A DNA stretch of 63,902 nucleotides, counting the filler, from Pirum gemmata (taxonomy: Eukaryota), in NCBI GenBank assembly GCA_002812295.1. It is 17 parts of 17 records of this genome, joined end to end, with 100 filler letters (N's around TTAATTAATTAA, not from the genome) between each part and the next. Parts side by side here need not be neighbours in the genome. Positions count along the whole stretch, not along the records: positions 10,620 to 14,066 come from PDIN01002586.1; positions 14,167 to 17,576 come from PDIN01002587.1; positions 17,677 to 21,120 come from PDIN01002588.1; positions 21,221 to 24,626 come from PDIN01002589.1; positions 24,727 to 28,169 come from PDIN01002590.1; 12 more parts are not named here. One strand, 5' to 3'. The notes under the pieces were generated by a model. That model did not search any database, was not told the DNA's origin, and was given only the letters and a program-made list of their open reading frames with translations. Below are positions 14,048 through 25,823 of the stretch, one piece after another (positions within the stretch are counted from its first letter, which is position 1; each line of letters begins with the position of its first letter). The translations under genes were made by a program, and so were the position numbers.

Positions 14048-15350
14048 ATAATAATAATAATAAATANNNNNNNNNNNNNNNNNNNNNNNNNNNNNNNNNN
14101 NNNNNNNNNNTTAATTAATTAANNNNNNNNNNNNNNNNNNNNNNNNNNNNNNNNNNNNNNNNNNNNACAAACAACAAACAACAAACAACAAACAACAAAC
14201 AACTCAACAACTCAACAAACAACAAACAACAAACAACAAACAACAAACAACAAACAACAAACAACAAACAACAACTCAACAACTCAACAATGAAGAGAAG
14301 ACAACTCAACAATGAAGAGAAGAGGGAAGAGAAGAGAAGAGGGAAAAGAAGAGAAGAGGGAAGAGAAGAGAATAAGAAAAAATAATGAATGAAAAAATAT
14401 TATTATTATTATTTCAATTTATTTGGAAATGATAGAGGGATATCTCTGTGATATCTCTACTAGTCTACTCTAGCTAGTGGAATGTCTGCAAGGTATCAAT
14501 TTCAACAGGATAAAGTCAGGATAACCATAATTTTTAAGTATTAATATAGTTAACCATATAATATTGAACCATAAATATACCTTATTGCATTATAATATAG
14601 GCTTTATATAAAAATTGGAAGTAATATTAGAGCTAGTATTAGTAAATAAACATTATTAAACAATTTATTATGTTTCTGGTACATAACAGTCACCTGTCCT
14701 TCATTCAAATAAATAAAATAAGAATTATTAATAACAAAATATTATTCTAGCTAGCCATGATAGTAGTATCTATATCATAGAAGACTTATGATATGATATC
14801 ATATCATCATATCAATATTAATATGATATGGATAATAATTATATAGTCTATAGAGAATTTGGAACTTTTTTATGAGCAGAACCACAGGTTTGAACAGTTT
14901 GAACTTTGAACTTTGAACTCCTTGGCAGAACTTGGGGGATTTTGTCGTCATAAAATATACAATAAATAGTACCAAATTAATACAATACAAATCCATTTCA
15001 TTTAATTTGGTATATTTTATTATATATTTATTTATTTAAAAGTATCAATTTAAATATCATAAACAACCAAATAAATATTGGGAGTGACAAAATAAATGAA
15101 AAGCACAATATGATATAATATAAAATAATTTTAATAAAGCTCGTGAGCTCACGAGTCACAATCATTTCCAGGTTTTTGTTTTTATTATTATAATATTATT
15201 TTTTTCGTTTTTTTTTCTGACCGATTTTTTAAAAAATAATATGATTATACTCTTGAAATAGATGATAATATTATACTGTGGTAAAAGTCTGAATTATAAT
15301 TATGATATTATTTTTTTATTATAATTTTTTTTTTTAACTATCATATCGAT

Positions 15351-15575
15351 ACCAAGCCGGATAAAAATGGCGACATCCGCCATATTATGAGGCAAAAAAA
15401 ATTCAAAATGATTCAATTTTAAAGAAAATACTACCAAATGTTGAGAATCGTTTAATTTATAAAACTCTATTATGAGCCAATGGCTAGTTTTTAAAAATAA
15501 TTTGGTTAGTTATAATTAGAGATTTTTAGAAAAAATCTAAAAAAAATGATTTCTACAGTTTTACCCGTCCTGGCT
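15351..15575 (+). mobile_element. ~225-270-bp TIR element (MITE family 3), representative copy
   Basis: Consensus TIR CAGCCAAGCCGGATAAAA; interior GGCGACATCCGCCATAT...CTATTATGAGCCAATGGCTAG. Reverse-strand copies at ~19335-19479, 20487-20758, 35409-35645, 58015-58210. Confidence 0.8.
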
Positions 15576-15722
15576 GTTAAAATAATAATAATAGTAATAA
15601 TAATAATAATAATACGATAATTGCCAGCTACTAGCTAGCTAGTCCTCTCTAGCTAGACCATTTTATTATCACCCATATTATAAATAAATAAAAAGGCCTC
15701 TTTGATAAATATCATAATAATA

Positions 15723-15910
15723 TATTGTGCTTTTCATTTATTTTGTCACTCAGAATATTTATTTGGTTGGTTACAATATTTAAATTGACATTCTTCAATT
15801 AATAAATAGATAATAAAATATACCAAATTAAATAAAATGGATTTATATTTTATTAATTTGGCTCCCTTTATTGTATATTTTATCATGACAAAACAACCGA
15901 AAAGCACAAT
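15723..15910 (-). mobile_element. ~190-bp TIR element (MITE family 1), representative copy; about 14 copies in the window
   Basis: Termini TAT(T/C)GTGCTTTTCA ... GAAAAGCAC(A/G)AT and an internal inverted motif TACCAAATTAA...TTAATTTGGTA. Other full or partial copies: ~1-58, 1531-1680, 2724-2886, 8856-8984, 14938-15110, 16713-16867, 17037-17218, 20242-20419, 35835-36027, 40203-40390, 42514-42712, 42765-42932, 60432-60672. Confidence 0.88.
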
Positions 15911-17909
15911 GGTCTACAGTAGACCCTAGCTAATCTAGCTACAATAGCTACTTTAGACTGAACTTGTCAGTGTTGTCGCTGAAGTCTTTGAGTAAGTGTT
16001 AGTGTTAGTGTTAGTGTTAGTGTTAGTGTTAGTGTTAGTGTTAGTGTTAGTGTTAGTGTTAGTGTTAGTGTTAGTGTTAGGTTAGGGTTAGGGTTAGGGT
16101 TAAGGGTTAAGGGTTATTAACTTAGGGTTAGGGTTAGGGTTTAATAGAGTAAACCAAGCTAGCTAGCTAGTGCTGATATCAATAGCTACACATGATAGCT
16201 AGCTAGTAGTAGCTATGATATTGATACTAGCTAGTAGCTATTGATAGTAGCTAGCTAATAAGTAGTTGGGTCTAGCCTCCCGTCTAGGAGTAGGAGTTAG
16301 TAAATTATTTTTTTACCATTGAAGCAGAAAGAACTCAAAGAAGCTGACGAAAAATAGTCGAAAAAACTTCGAAAAATTAGTTGAGGGAACTTGAGGTTGG
16401 CCGTGAAAAATTCCTTAATTTTTTATCAGTTTTTATAAATTTTGAGGTTTTTACTTTTTAGAGTCTTTTTAGACTCTTTTTAGACTCTTTTTAGTCTATA
16501 TAAAAGTCTGTTAGTTTACAAAACTTTTTTTTTATCAGTGAAATTTGAAAATGAGCGAAATAAAATTAAATTTTTTAATAAAAAGCTATCGATAGATAGT
16601 AGACATCATAGTCTAGCTCTAGCTAGTAGCTAGCATAGTCTAGCTAGTACTATTGGTAGACTATTAGCTAGTATTACTTTATACAGGTTAGTAGTACCAT
16701 TATCAATTTTACAGTGCTTTTCAGAGTACCAAATTAACACAATACAAATCCATTTCTTTTAATTTGGTATATTTTATTATCTATTTATTCATTTAAAAAA
16801 ATCAATTTAAGTATCATATCCAACCAAATAAACATTTGGAGTGATAAAATAAATGAAAAGCACAATAATAATATCGTCATACATACATGCACTTTGATAC
16901 AAAGAATATCGATACATGTTGATACAAGTCCTAACTAGCCAGGTAGATTAGCAATCAAGTAAGCCAGATATGTCAGATACTGTATAATAACATAAAAATG
17001 TAAATAATTAATTGTAATATTGATATCGTGCTCAAATATCATGCTTTTCATTTATTTTGTCACTCTGAATATTTATTTGGAGGGTTATAATCTTTAAATT
17101 GACATTTTTAAATCAATGCATAGATAATAAAATATACCAAATTAAATTAAATGGACTTATATTGTATTAATTTGGTACTATTTTTTTATTATTATTATGA
17201 CAAAGCAACTGAAAAGCAGCACTAGTCTACCTGGTAGACTAGTTATATGTTGGGGTTGGGGTTGGGGTTGGGGTTGGGGTTGATACTACTACTAGCTAGC
17301 TTTAGCTAGTAGTAGTAGACCTAGACCTACTAGCTATAATTTTATAAAAATAAAAAGAGGAGTGGTGGAGTGATAACAGCTGTGATAACCCGACTGACCC
17401 TACTACTAGTCGACTGACCTAGTGGCTAGTATCGTGTTTTTCAATAGTTGTCCATACCAAATAATTATTATGGCTAAACTATCAGACATATTTTAATTAA
17501 TTTGGTATTCTATACATAATATTTTATTTTATAAAAAAGTTCAATTATACACTTAAACAGTACCAAATTATAGAGTNNNNNNNNNNNNNNNNNNNNNNNN
17601 NNNNNNNNNNNNNNNNNNNNTTAATTAATTAANNNNNNNNNNNNNNNNNNNNNNNNNNNNNNNNNNNNNNNNNNNNTGTTGTTGTTGTTGTTGTTGTTGT
17701 TGTTGTAAAAAAAACATAATAGTTATATAAAATATAAAAATTATAATTATAATAAAAATTATAATAATTACATTGTAATTATAAAAGTATTTAAAAATTT
17801 TAAAGCATGTTTTTGATTGATTATTATTATTTTGTTCAAATTTTTTAAAGGGATGTTTTTGATTGATTATGAATTTTTATCATTTTATTCAAATTGCTAT
17901 TATACTTAG

Positions 17910-18878
17910 GTGTATTCCAAAAGGACGAAATGGGTGTAATCGGATGGCCCAAAGAATATGTCGAAGGGATGTCACCTGCTCAGTTAGCAGTGATGAGGTC
18001 GTTATTATATTTAAGCATTTTTCTTGTTATTTGCGTTGATATTATTATTATTGTTTAATTGCTAGTATTGAGGGTTAGGGTTAGATTAGGGGTTAGGGTT
18101 AGGGTTAGGGTTGGGTTTGGGGACAGGGGTTAGAGTATTTAACCATTACTTTGAATGTTTTATTTGATTTTTATTTAACATTTAAAATTAAAATAAAAAT
18201 CTCGGAAAGAGAGCTCATTATTTGTTTGGCTATTTGGTTGGTTGGTTGGTTGGTTGTTTCAACGTATGTTGGTTTAGTTGGCTTAGTTTGTTTGTTTGCT
18301 TGCTTGTTTGTGTGTTTGTTTGTTTGTTTGTTTGTTTGTTTGTTTGTTTGTTTGTTTGTTTGTTTGTTTCGAGTTTTGCTTGTTTGTTTGTTTGTGTTTA
18401 TTTTGTTTGTTTGTACAGAGGTTGGTTGGTGAGCTGGTGGGTTGGTGGGTTGGTGGGTTGTTTGTGGGCTGGTTTGTTTGTTGGCTATTTTGTTTGCTTT
18501 CTATTTTATTGCTTGTATTTTCTTGATTAATTAATCTAATCTTTCCTTGCCAAAGTACAGGAGAAGAATTTTTTTTGTATATACTAGCCCTAACCCTAAC
18601 CCTAACCCTAACCCTAACCCTAACCCTAACCCTAACCCTAACCCTAACCCTAACGGTATACTTCTAGTTAAAACTTATTTTTTTAAAAAAAATCAATTTA
18701 AAATCAAAAATCCTTTTAAATATGAATTTGGCATTATGTATCATATAGGTTTCCTTACAATGTTCGGTTTTCGAGACCTGTAATCAATGAAGAAAACACC
18801 GATGAAACGAAGCAATATGATCGAGGACTTGAAAAACGTGAATTTGACAAAGAAGTATTCCACTATCCATTTTATTAG
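17910..18878 (+). CDS. Last two exons (17910-17997, 18749-18878) of a gene, probably phytanoyl-CoA dioxygenase (PhyH)-like
   Basis: A phase-2 GT-AG join gives GVFQKDEMGVIGWPKEYVEGMSPAQLAVMR/FPYNVRFSRPVINEENTDETKQYDRGLEKREFDKEVFHYPFY*. The WP..(E/D)GM(S/T)P.Q.AV..PY..R..RP tail resembles PhyH-family C-termini from memory; the catalytic domain is off-contig. Not in the ORF track. Confidence 0.6.
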
Positions 18879-19799
18879 TCTTGTGGTAATGAACCTCCCA
18901 CTTCATTCCAAAGTATTCCTTATTGGTAGGGTGGAACATAAATGTAACTTTGTTAAGTAATGACAACAACTTGTGTTAGAAATGGAAAAGAAATGCTTCT
19001 AGTTAACTTTTGCTGAAAATCCAAAAAATCTCGTTTTCCCCTACGAGAAATACAATTACCAGACCTGATAGATGATTCTGAACTTGTCTAAGCTCCTGTT
19101 TTTATTATTTGTGGGATTAGGGTTGTGGTTTGTGGTTTGTGGTGTGTTCTTCGTGGTTTGTGGTTTGCGGTTTGCGGTTTGCGGTTTGCGGTTAGGCAAA
19201 ATGTCGTGCACCTAAATGCGTCATCTGTCTAATAATTTAGTGACCTCGTTTTATTGGGTAAATCTCATCTAGTTTGTAAACTCTATTTATAATAGTGTTA
19301 ATACGTATACATTCATAAAAACAATTAGAACCAATTGTTGAAGTCATTTTTTTTAGACTTCTATTCTAAAAACCAGTGGCTATTGGTTCATAATAAAGTT
19401 TTTTTAGTTAGACGATTTCTCAAGTTTGGGTAGTACTTTCATGGCGGCGGATGTCACAATTTTTATTCGGCTTGGCTGTAAAAATAAAAATAAAAACATA
19501 AAAAAATTAAAAAAAAGTCAAATAATAGAAAGAAATTGATAATTATCACTATCTCAAAATACAATTGATATTATATATTACTATGCTATTTACATTTCAA
19601 TGTTAATTAAAAGTAATTAGCACTTTTCAAAAAATTACTTTTTCAATACGCAAGCTTTTAAATTTATTTTAAAAAAAGAAAAAGTAATTCGGAAAACAAT
19701 TGAACTCATTTTCTGCTTTAACATATTAGGTATGGCACTCGTTTCGAAGGGAATAAGAGCAACATTTAATATTTAGAAGCGATTAGCAGACCACTCTAA

Positions 19800-20062
19800 T
19801 ACTAACCCTATAGCTAACTTAACCTAACTCTAACTTAACCCTAATTATAACCCTAACTTAAACCCTAACCCTATCTTAACCCCAACCCTAACTTAACCCT
19901 AACCCTAACTTAAAACCCTAACCCTAACTTAAAACCCTAACCCTAACTTAAAACCCTAACCCTAACTTAAAACCCTAACCCTAACCCTAACCCTAACCCT
20001 AACCCTAACCCTAACCCTAACCCTAACCCTAACCCTAACCCTAACCCTAACCCTAACCCTAA
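19800..20062. repeat. Interstitial telomere-type repeat (CCCTAA)n grading from degenerate to perfect; representative of more than 25 tracts
   Basis: Other tracts include 5603-5643, 6003-6041, 10003-10086, 16080-16141, 18588-18654, 24465-24626, 43786-43927, 60257-60398, 62475-62514, 63872-63902. Confidence 0.95.
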
Positions 20063-21700
20063 AGGTATACTTCTAGTTAAAACTTATTTTTTTAAAAAAG
20101 GTTAGGGAGGCCTCCCATTGCAAACTAAATTACTAAACCACTCTGAAATTCTGAATCCAAATTAGACCACTGTTAGGGTTAGACTACTGTGAGTCTGTGA
20201 CTAGCTATGTATAATATCGGATACTATCAGCTATAGTCTACTATCGTTCTTTTCAGTTATTTTGTCGTCATAAAATATACAATAAATAGTACCAAATTAA
20301 TACAATATAAATCCATTTCATTTAACTTGGTATATTTTATTTATTTAAAAGTATCAATTTAAATATTATAAACAACCAAATAAATATTCGGAGTGACAAA
20401 ATATATGAAAAGCACAATACTAGTAGTAAATTTATCACGGACGGACCCATATTGCTATTCGACATTCTAGACTACTTTTTTTTTAACAGGCAAGCCGGAT
20501 AAATAGGCCGGATAAAACTGTAGAAATTATTTTTTTTAGACTTCTTTTCTAAAAAACTAGCCAAATGTTTTTAAAAACCTAGCCATTGGTTCATAATAAA
20601 GTTTTCTTAGTTTAACTAATAGACGATTTCTCAAAATTTGGTAGCACTTTCATTTTTTTTCGAAAAATTGAATCATTTTGAGATTTTTTGGATTTTTGAG
20701 CTCATATGGCTGATCTATGCTGGATGTCGCTGCTGGATGTCGCCATTTTTATCTGGCANNNNNNNNNNAAAAAAAAAAAAAAAAAAAAAAAAAACTACCA
20801 ATTAAATTTAGACTAAATCAAGGACTTCAAATTGAATATAGACTAATTATCTAGGACTAATTATGTTATCGATAAATTATTATACTTTTTATTATACTTT
20901 TATAGGGTCTAGATTAGATAGACTCTTATCGATATTTATAAAATTTAATTAATAAAATAACATAGACCTAACAGTTATAAATAATATTGATGTTCCCCAC
21001 AGGCTACAGCTAAATACCATAAATAGACCCTAAAACACAAAAAAAACCCAAAACCAAAAACGAACAAACAAAAAAAAAGAATTTTTATCATAGGGTTAGG
21101 AGTTAGGGTTAGATAATAGTNNNNNNNNNNNNNNNNNNNNNNNNNNNNNNNNNNNNNNNNNNNNTTAATTAATTAANNNNNNNNNNNNNNNNNNNNNNNN
21201 NNNNNNNNNNNNNNNNNNNNATAATAATAATAATAGTAATATTATAAATTAGAACACAACTTATAATTACACATCACTTCAGGCTTTTGAACATGACATT
21301 GTATATAGTATTAATAATATAATCAAAAACAAATTAATATTTGTTTTTAATTTTATAGAAGACATACGAATCAGATAGAAGGATATTGCAAAATAGTTTC
21401 AGCAACCCTGAACTTAAAGTTAAAACTAAAAATGCCGTAAAATTGATGGAACTTAAGTTTAATGGTTGTCTGTCATTTGTTGAAGAAAAAAAAAAACTGA
21501 TGCAAACGCAAGTAAACAACTAAAACTTTCTAATACTTCAACGAATGTTCCTATTTTTGGATTGGTTATTCTCCCGAAACTAACTTTAAAACATTTTAAA
21601 ATTAGGGGGTAAGATTATATATATTGAATTAATTTCGTACTCTTTATTGTATATTATTCATCCTGTATTATTTTATGATGCCAAAACAACTGGAAAATAC

Positions 21701-22912
21701 TTATGAAGGAGTAACTGGGCTTAACCCATCCAATAAATGATGAGTTATATAACAACGATCAAGCACTCTATACTCATTGTCAGCATTTTCTTTAAACAAC
21801 TTTTTTCCTTCTCTTTCACTGTACTCATAATAACTAGGAGGTAAATAATCCTTTTGTGTGTTCCATTCATTATTACTAACTTTTTTAGAAACAAAATCAC
21901 CTCGGAAAATAGTATGTTGATAAAAAGCAAATAGACGTCCGAATGCTTTAGTTTTTTGGTATTCGGGGTTTTGAGCAGTAATGTGCTTTCGATTACGAGC
22001 ATGATTAAAAGCAATAACAGTTAAAACTTCCTTGTCACCCAATGCTATTTCATCCAAACAATTGAAATCCACTCGACGATCACGGGCATTGGGTACGTGT
22101 TCCCCATTTTGTTTAATAAATTCTACAGAAGGTTTTGTTACCTCACATACGATTTCTGCCAAGCCCGAGGTCTGTACTGTAGTTAATAGGTTAGCCTTTT
22201 CAGTTTCAAAATCCATTTTTGCTTTACTATTTAAATTTGTTGCCGTGTTGTTCCTGCATTTGTTGTCGTAAAAAATAGGGAGTTGTACGTCACCATTCAA
22301 GTTATTGGCTGCAGTGTATTGCTTTAATAATAAAGTTAAAATATCTCCATTTTCCTCTGTGCTTTTAAACAAGAAAAAGGAATCAAAAATAGTTTGGTGG
22401 GTATGTAAAATTGGATTTCTTAAAACTCCATCACCTAAGTATTCATTTTTAAATTGAAACCACATACTATTGTAATGTTCCACGTGTGGGTAGGCATAGG
22501 TACCTCTGAAGGCATCTACGGGGTTTCCGATGTGAAGTCGAGTAACTGGTTTAGTTTTTGAAAGATGGGTAGAATCGTCTTCTTCAAAAGTATAAACTAT
22601 GCTGAATTCTAAATAATATTCTAATCCTTCATTAGGTATATTATTAGTTATGGGTCTTACGTCGTTAAGTTCAAAGTCACTTAACAAACGGGCAGATGAT
22701 CTTTTCCCTACGTCTACTCTGTAACCTTCACCTATTATCAATTAATAAAAAGCATTAGTATTAATAATGACAATAATAATGATTAAAATAATAATAATTA
22801 ATAATGGCCATAATGGCCAATTTATAATCAACAGTTAATTAATAATAATCAAAGATAATAGCAATTAACAATAAAACCCACAACCAACAAGTTGGCAACA
22901 ACCACATACAAA

Positions 22913-22980
<68 letters not shown>

Positions 22981-23649
22981 ACAATAAAAAATTACCTTCA
23001 TCTAACATATGGAATAAGCAATCAGTCCCACCTTCTTCCATCTTACATTGAGTATCACCATGACTTTGAAACAACACATGATGTGCATCAGTAGCTTTCA
23101 ATTCTTTTATCATTTTTTTACGATCAGCAGACGCGTAAGGGTACATATGACCATGGTGTATATGAACAGGAGGGTATCCGATAATTGTACCATTTGCATG
23201 CACCGGCATAACCCCACCTCCTAAGGCATAAAATGGTTTATTTTTAAACATTTTTCTTAATAACTTCCCACCTAATTCAAATTGCGATCGACTTGAAGTC
23301 CAATCATAACCACCGAAACTACGAAATGGACCAACTCTCACCAAAGCAATGCTTGCATTAGTTTCATTCCCGTGAATGTAAGGGGCGGAACAGATGTATT
23401 GTTTGGCTTTGTACCGGGTCCCTTGGTTCATTGTTATATTTTCATAGCCCGAAGTAGTATTATAACCCTGATTTCGATATCTATAAAACGCTTTGCCGTC
23501 CGGTAAATAAACCATCGACACCTGTTCTTTAGCTACTTCCCAGTTATTATTCATATCCTTACAATAATTTCTTTTAGCGTTTTCCAATTTCAACATGTTT
23601 ATTTTTCTTTCTAATTCTTTTTTTTCATTTTCGTGGATAAATTTATTGT

Positions 23650-23717
<68 letters not shown>

Positions 23718-23914
23718 TTTTTATTATGATTATTATAATTATTAATATCAACTTGTTTATTTATACACAAGTATTCGTTTTTTCGATCTTGTCCGAAACT
23801 CTTAAAAACATCTTCGGCCACGGTATTTTCATAATAGTTGGACAAAGAAAGTGCAGAGGTAGAGTCGAAATAGAAGAAAGAGAAAGTAGTTACTAACACA
23901 ATGGAAATCATCAT
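21701..23914 (-). CDS. Two-exon secreted ~650-aa protein with His-rich motifs; exons 22996-23914 and 21701-22731
   Basis: Signal-like N-terminus, donor GAAG|GTAATT and acceptor AATAG|GTGAA (phase 1) join the two track ORFs. The intron holds a (GT)n tract. Motifs: YPPVHIHHGH, QSHGDTQC, LHTHQ. Confidence 0.82.
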
Positions 23915-24775
23915 GGTTATTATTATTATTATTAAATATTATATATCAAATTATGTTTGATGATTAATTGGGTATTGTTGTTATTGTGTTTATTATTATT
24001 CGGTATTATTGGTATTATTTTTATTTTTATGATTATTTTTAGGAATATGATTATGGTTATGATTATGATTTTGATTATGATTAAGAATAAATAAAAACAT
24101 TAAAAAAAAATTCAATTTTTTTTTTTAGTTTTTTTTTAGTTTTTTTCTTGTGAAAAATGGTAAATATATATAATATCATTATGATTTTAAAAATTGATTT
24201 TCTTTTTTTTCATATTTTGAAAAAAATAGATTTTTTTTTTTTAACGTTACAGTTGTCGGTTTATCTAAATTTGTCCTTAGAGGTCACCGCTCTAATTACA
24301 TAAATTCGGCGTATCTAAAAGTGCACGTGGCTTAGTCGGTGGCTAGCTAGCTTGCGCTACCTCCTGAGCTGTTTGCCTCTTTGAGAGATTGGGTGTGCTG
24401 TGCTACCGTAGTGTTGGGGAAGTTGGAGAGTGGTTAGCCTGTTAGGGTTTGATAAGGTTAGGTTCAGGGGTTAGGGTTAGGGATAAGGATAGTGTCAGAG
24501 GTTAGGGTTAGGGTTAGGGTTAGGATTAGGGTTAGGGTTAGGGTTATAGGGTTATATGGTTAAGCTTAGGGTTATAGGGTTAGGGTTAGGGTTATAGGGT
24601 TAGGGTTAGGGTTAGGGTTAAGGTTANNNNNNNNNNNNNNNNNNNNNNNNNNNNNNNNNNNNNNNNNNNNTTAATTAATTAANNNNNNNNNNNNNNNNNN
24701 NNNNNNNNNNNNNNNNNNNNNNNNNNTGAGAAACGACACAAATAAAAAAATAAAAAAGATAAAATCGCAATAACA

Positions 24776-25792
24776 TCACCAAAATCCAAAACCCTTTTTA
24801 GACGAAGATACCGATGATTCTTTTTCTTTGTCCTTTTTATCCCCACTATCCTTTTTCTCCCCACTAATTCTAGATTGTGAATTAGTTAACCTCTTCGATA
24901 AATAATTATTACGATTGATTCTTCCTTTGCATTCGTTTATAAATTTTGTTAATAATTCTCCGCGGTAGATACACATCGGACCATGCATTTCCGGTGCATA
25001 CTTTCCATATATACAAGCGTTTACAATTTTTTTCTTCAAGAAATCAACAAATTTTGTGCGATCTGTTCTTCTTTTTGAGCGTGGAGAGACAGTAGGATCT
25101 AAATTGGAGTAATCAGTGGGGTCGAATTGGTGGTGGATTTCTTCTAGAACCGGTGTGAAATAAGGAATGTGACCTCTCGTACATACGTGCACACAAAATT
25201 TTAGTATCTCGCCCTCTTGTTTTTTTCTTCTCCGAAAAACTATTTTTGGACCGGTGTACAATTGTTCATTACTAGTACTAGTTAATCCATCATCATCATC
25301 AGTGGTGGTGGTGGTGATGGTGGTGGTGGTGGTATTTACGTCGGCGGTATTTTCGTCGGTGGTGGCGGTGGTATTATCATTTGTTTTAGTATTTGCATTA
25401 TTATCAATACTATTGCTTATACTTTTGTTATTATTATCACCCTCTTTGTTATCAGATTTAGATTCTAAGTCTTCATGCAATGATATTATATTCTCGATAA
25501 CTTCATCAATCTTACTGCCACAAGTGCTAGCAGTGAAACTTTTACTATTATTACTGTTGTTATTACTATCATTTTCATTATTAGTAACGCTAATAATGTT
25601 ACCATTACTATTACTATTACTATTACTATTACTATTACCATTACTATTACTATTACTATTACTATTACTATTACTATTACCATTACTATTACTATTACTA
25701 TTACTATTACTATTACTATTATTATTACTATTACTATTACTATTACTATTATTATTACTATTACTATTACTATTACTATTACTATTACTATC

Positions 25793-25823
<31 letters not shown>

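Noticed and set aside
18151..18783. Hydrophobic CLFV and PN-repeat ORFs
   Set aside because: (GTTT)n and (CCCTAA)n inside the intron of the PhyH-like gene
18879..19090. Possible read-through continuation with several in-frame stops
   Set aside because: Stop density is as expected for AT-rich non-coding DNA, and the protein tail ends plausibly at 18878
24322..24440. tRNA/SINE-like A box (TGGCTTAGTCGG)
   Set aside because: No B box (GTTCRA) and no cloverleaf
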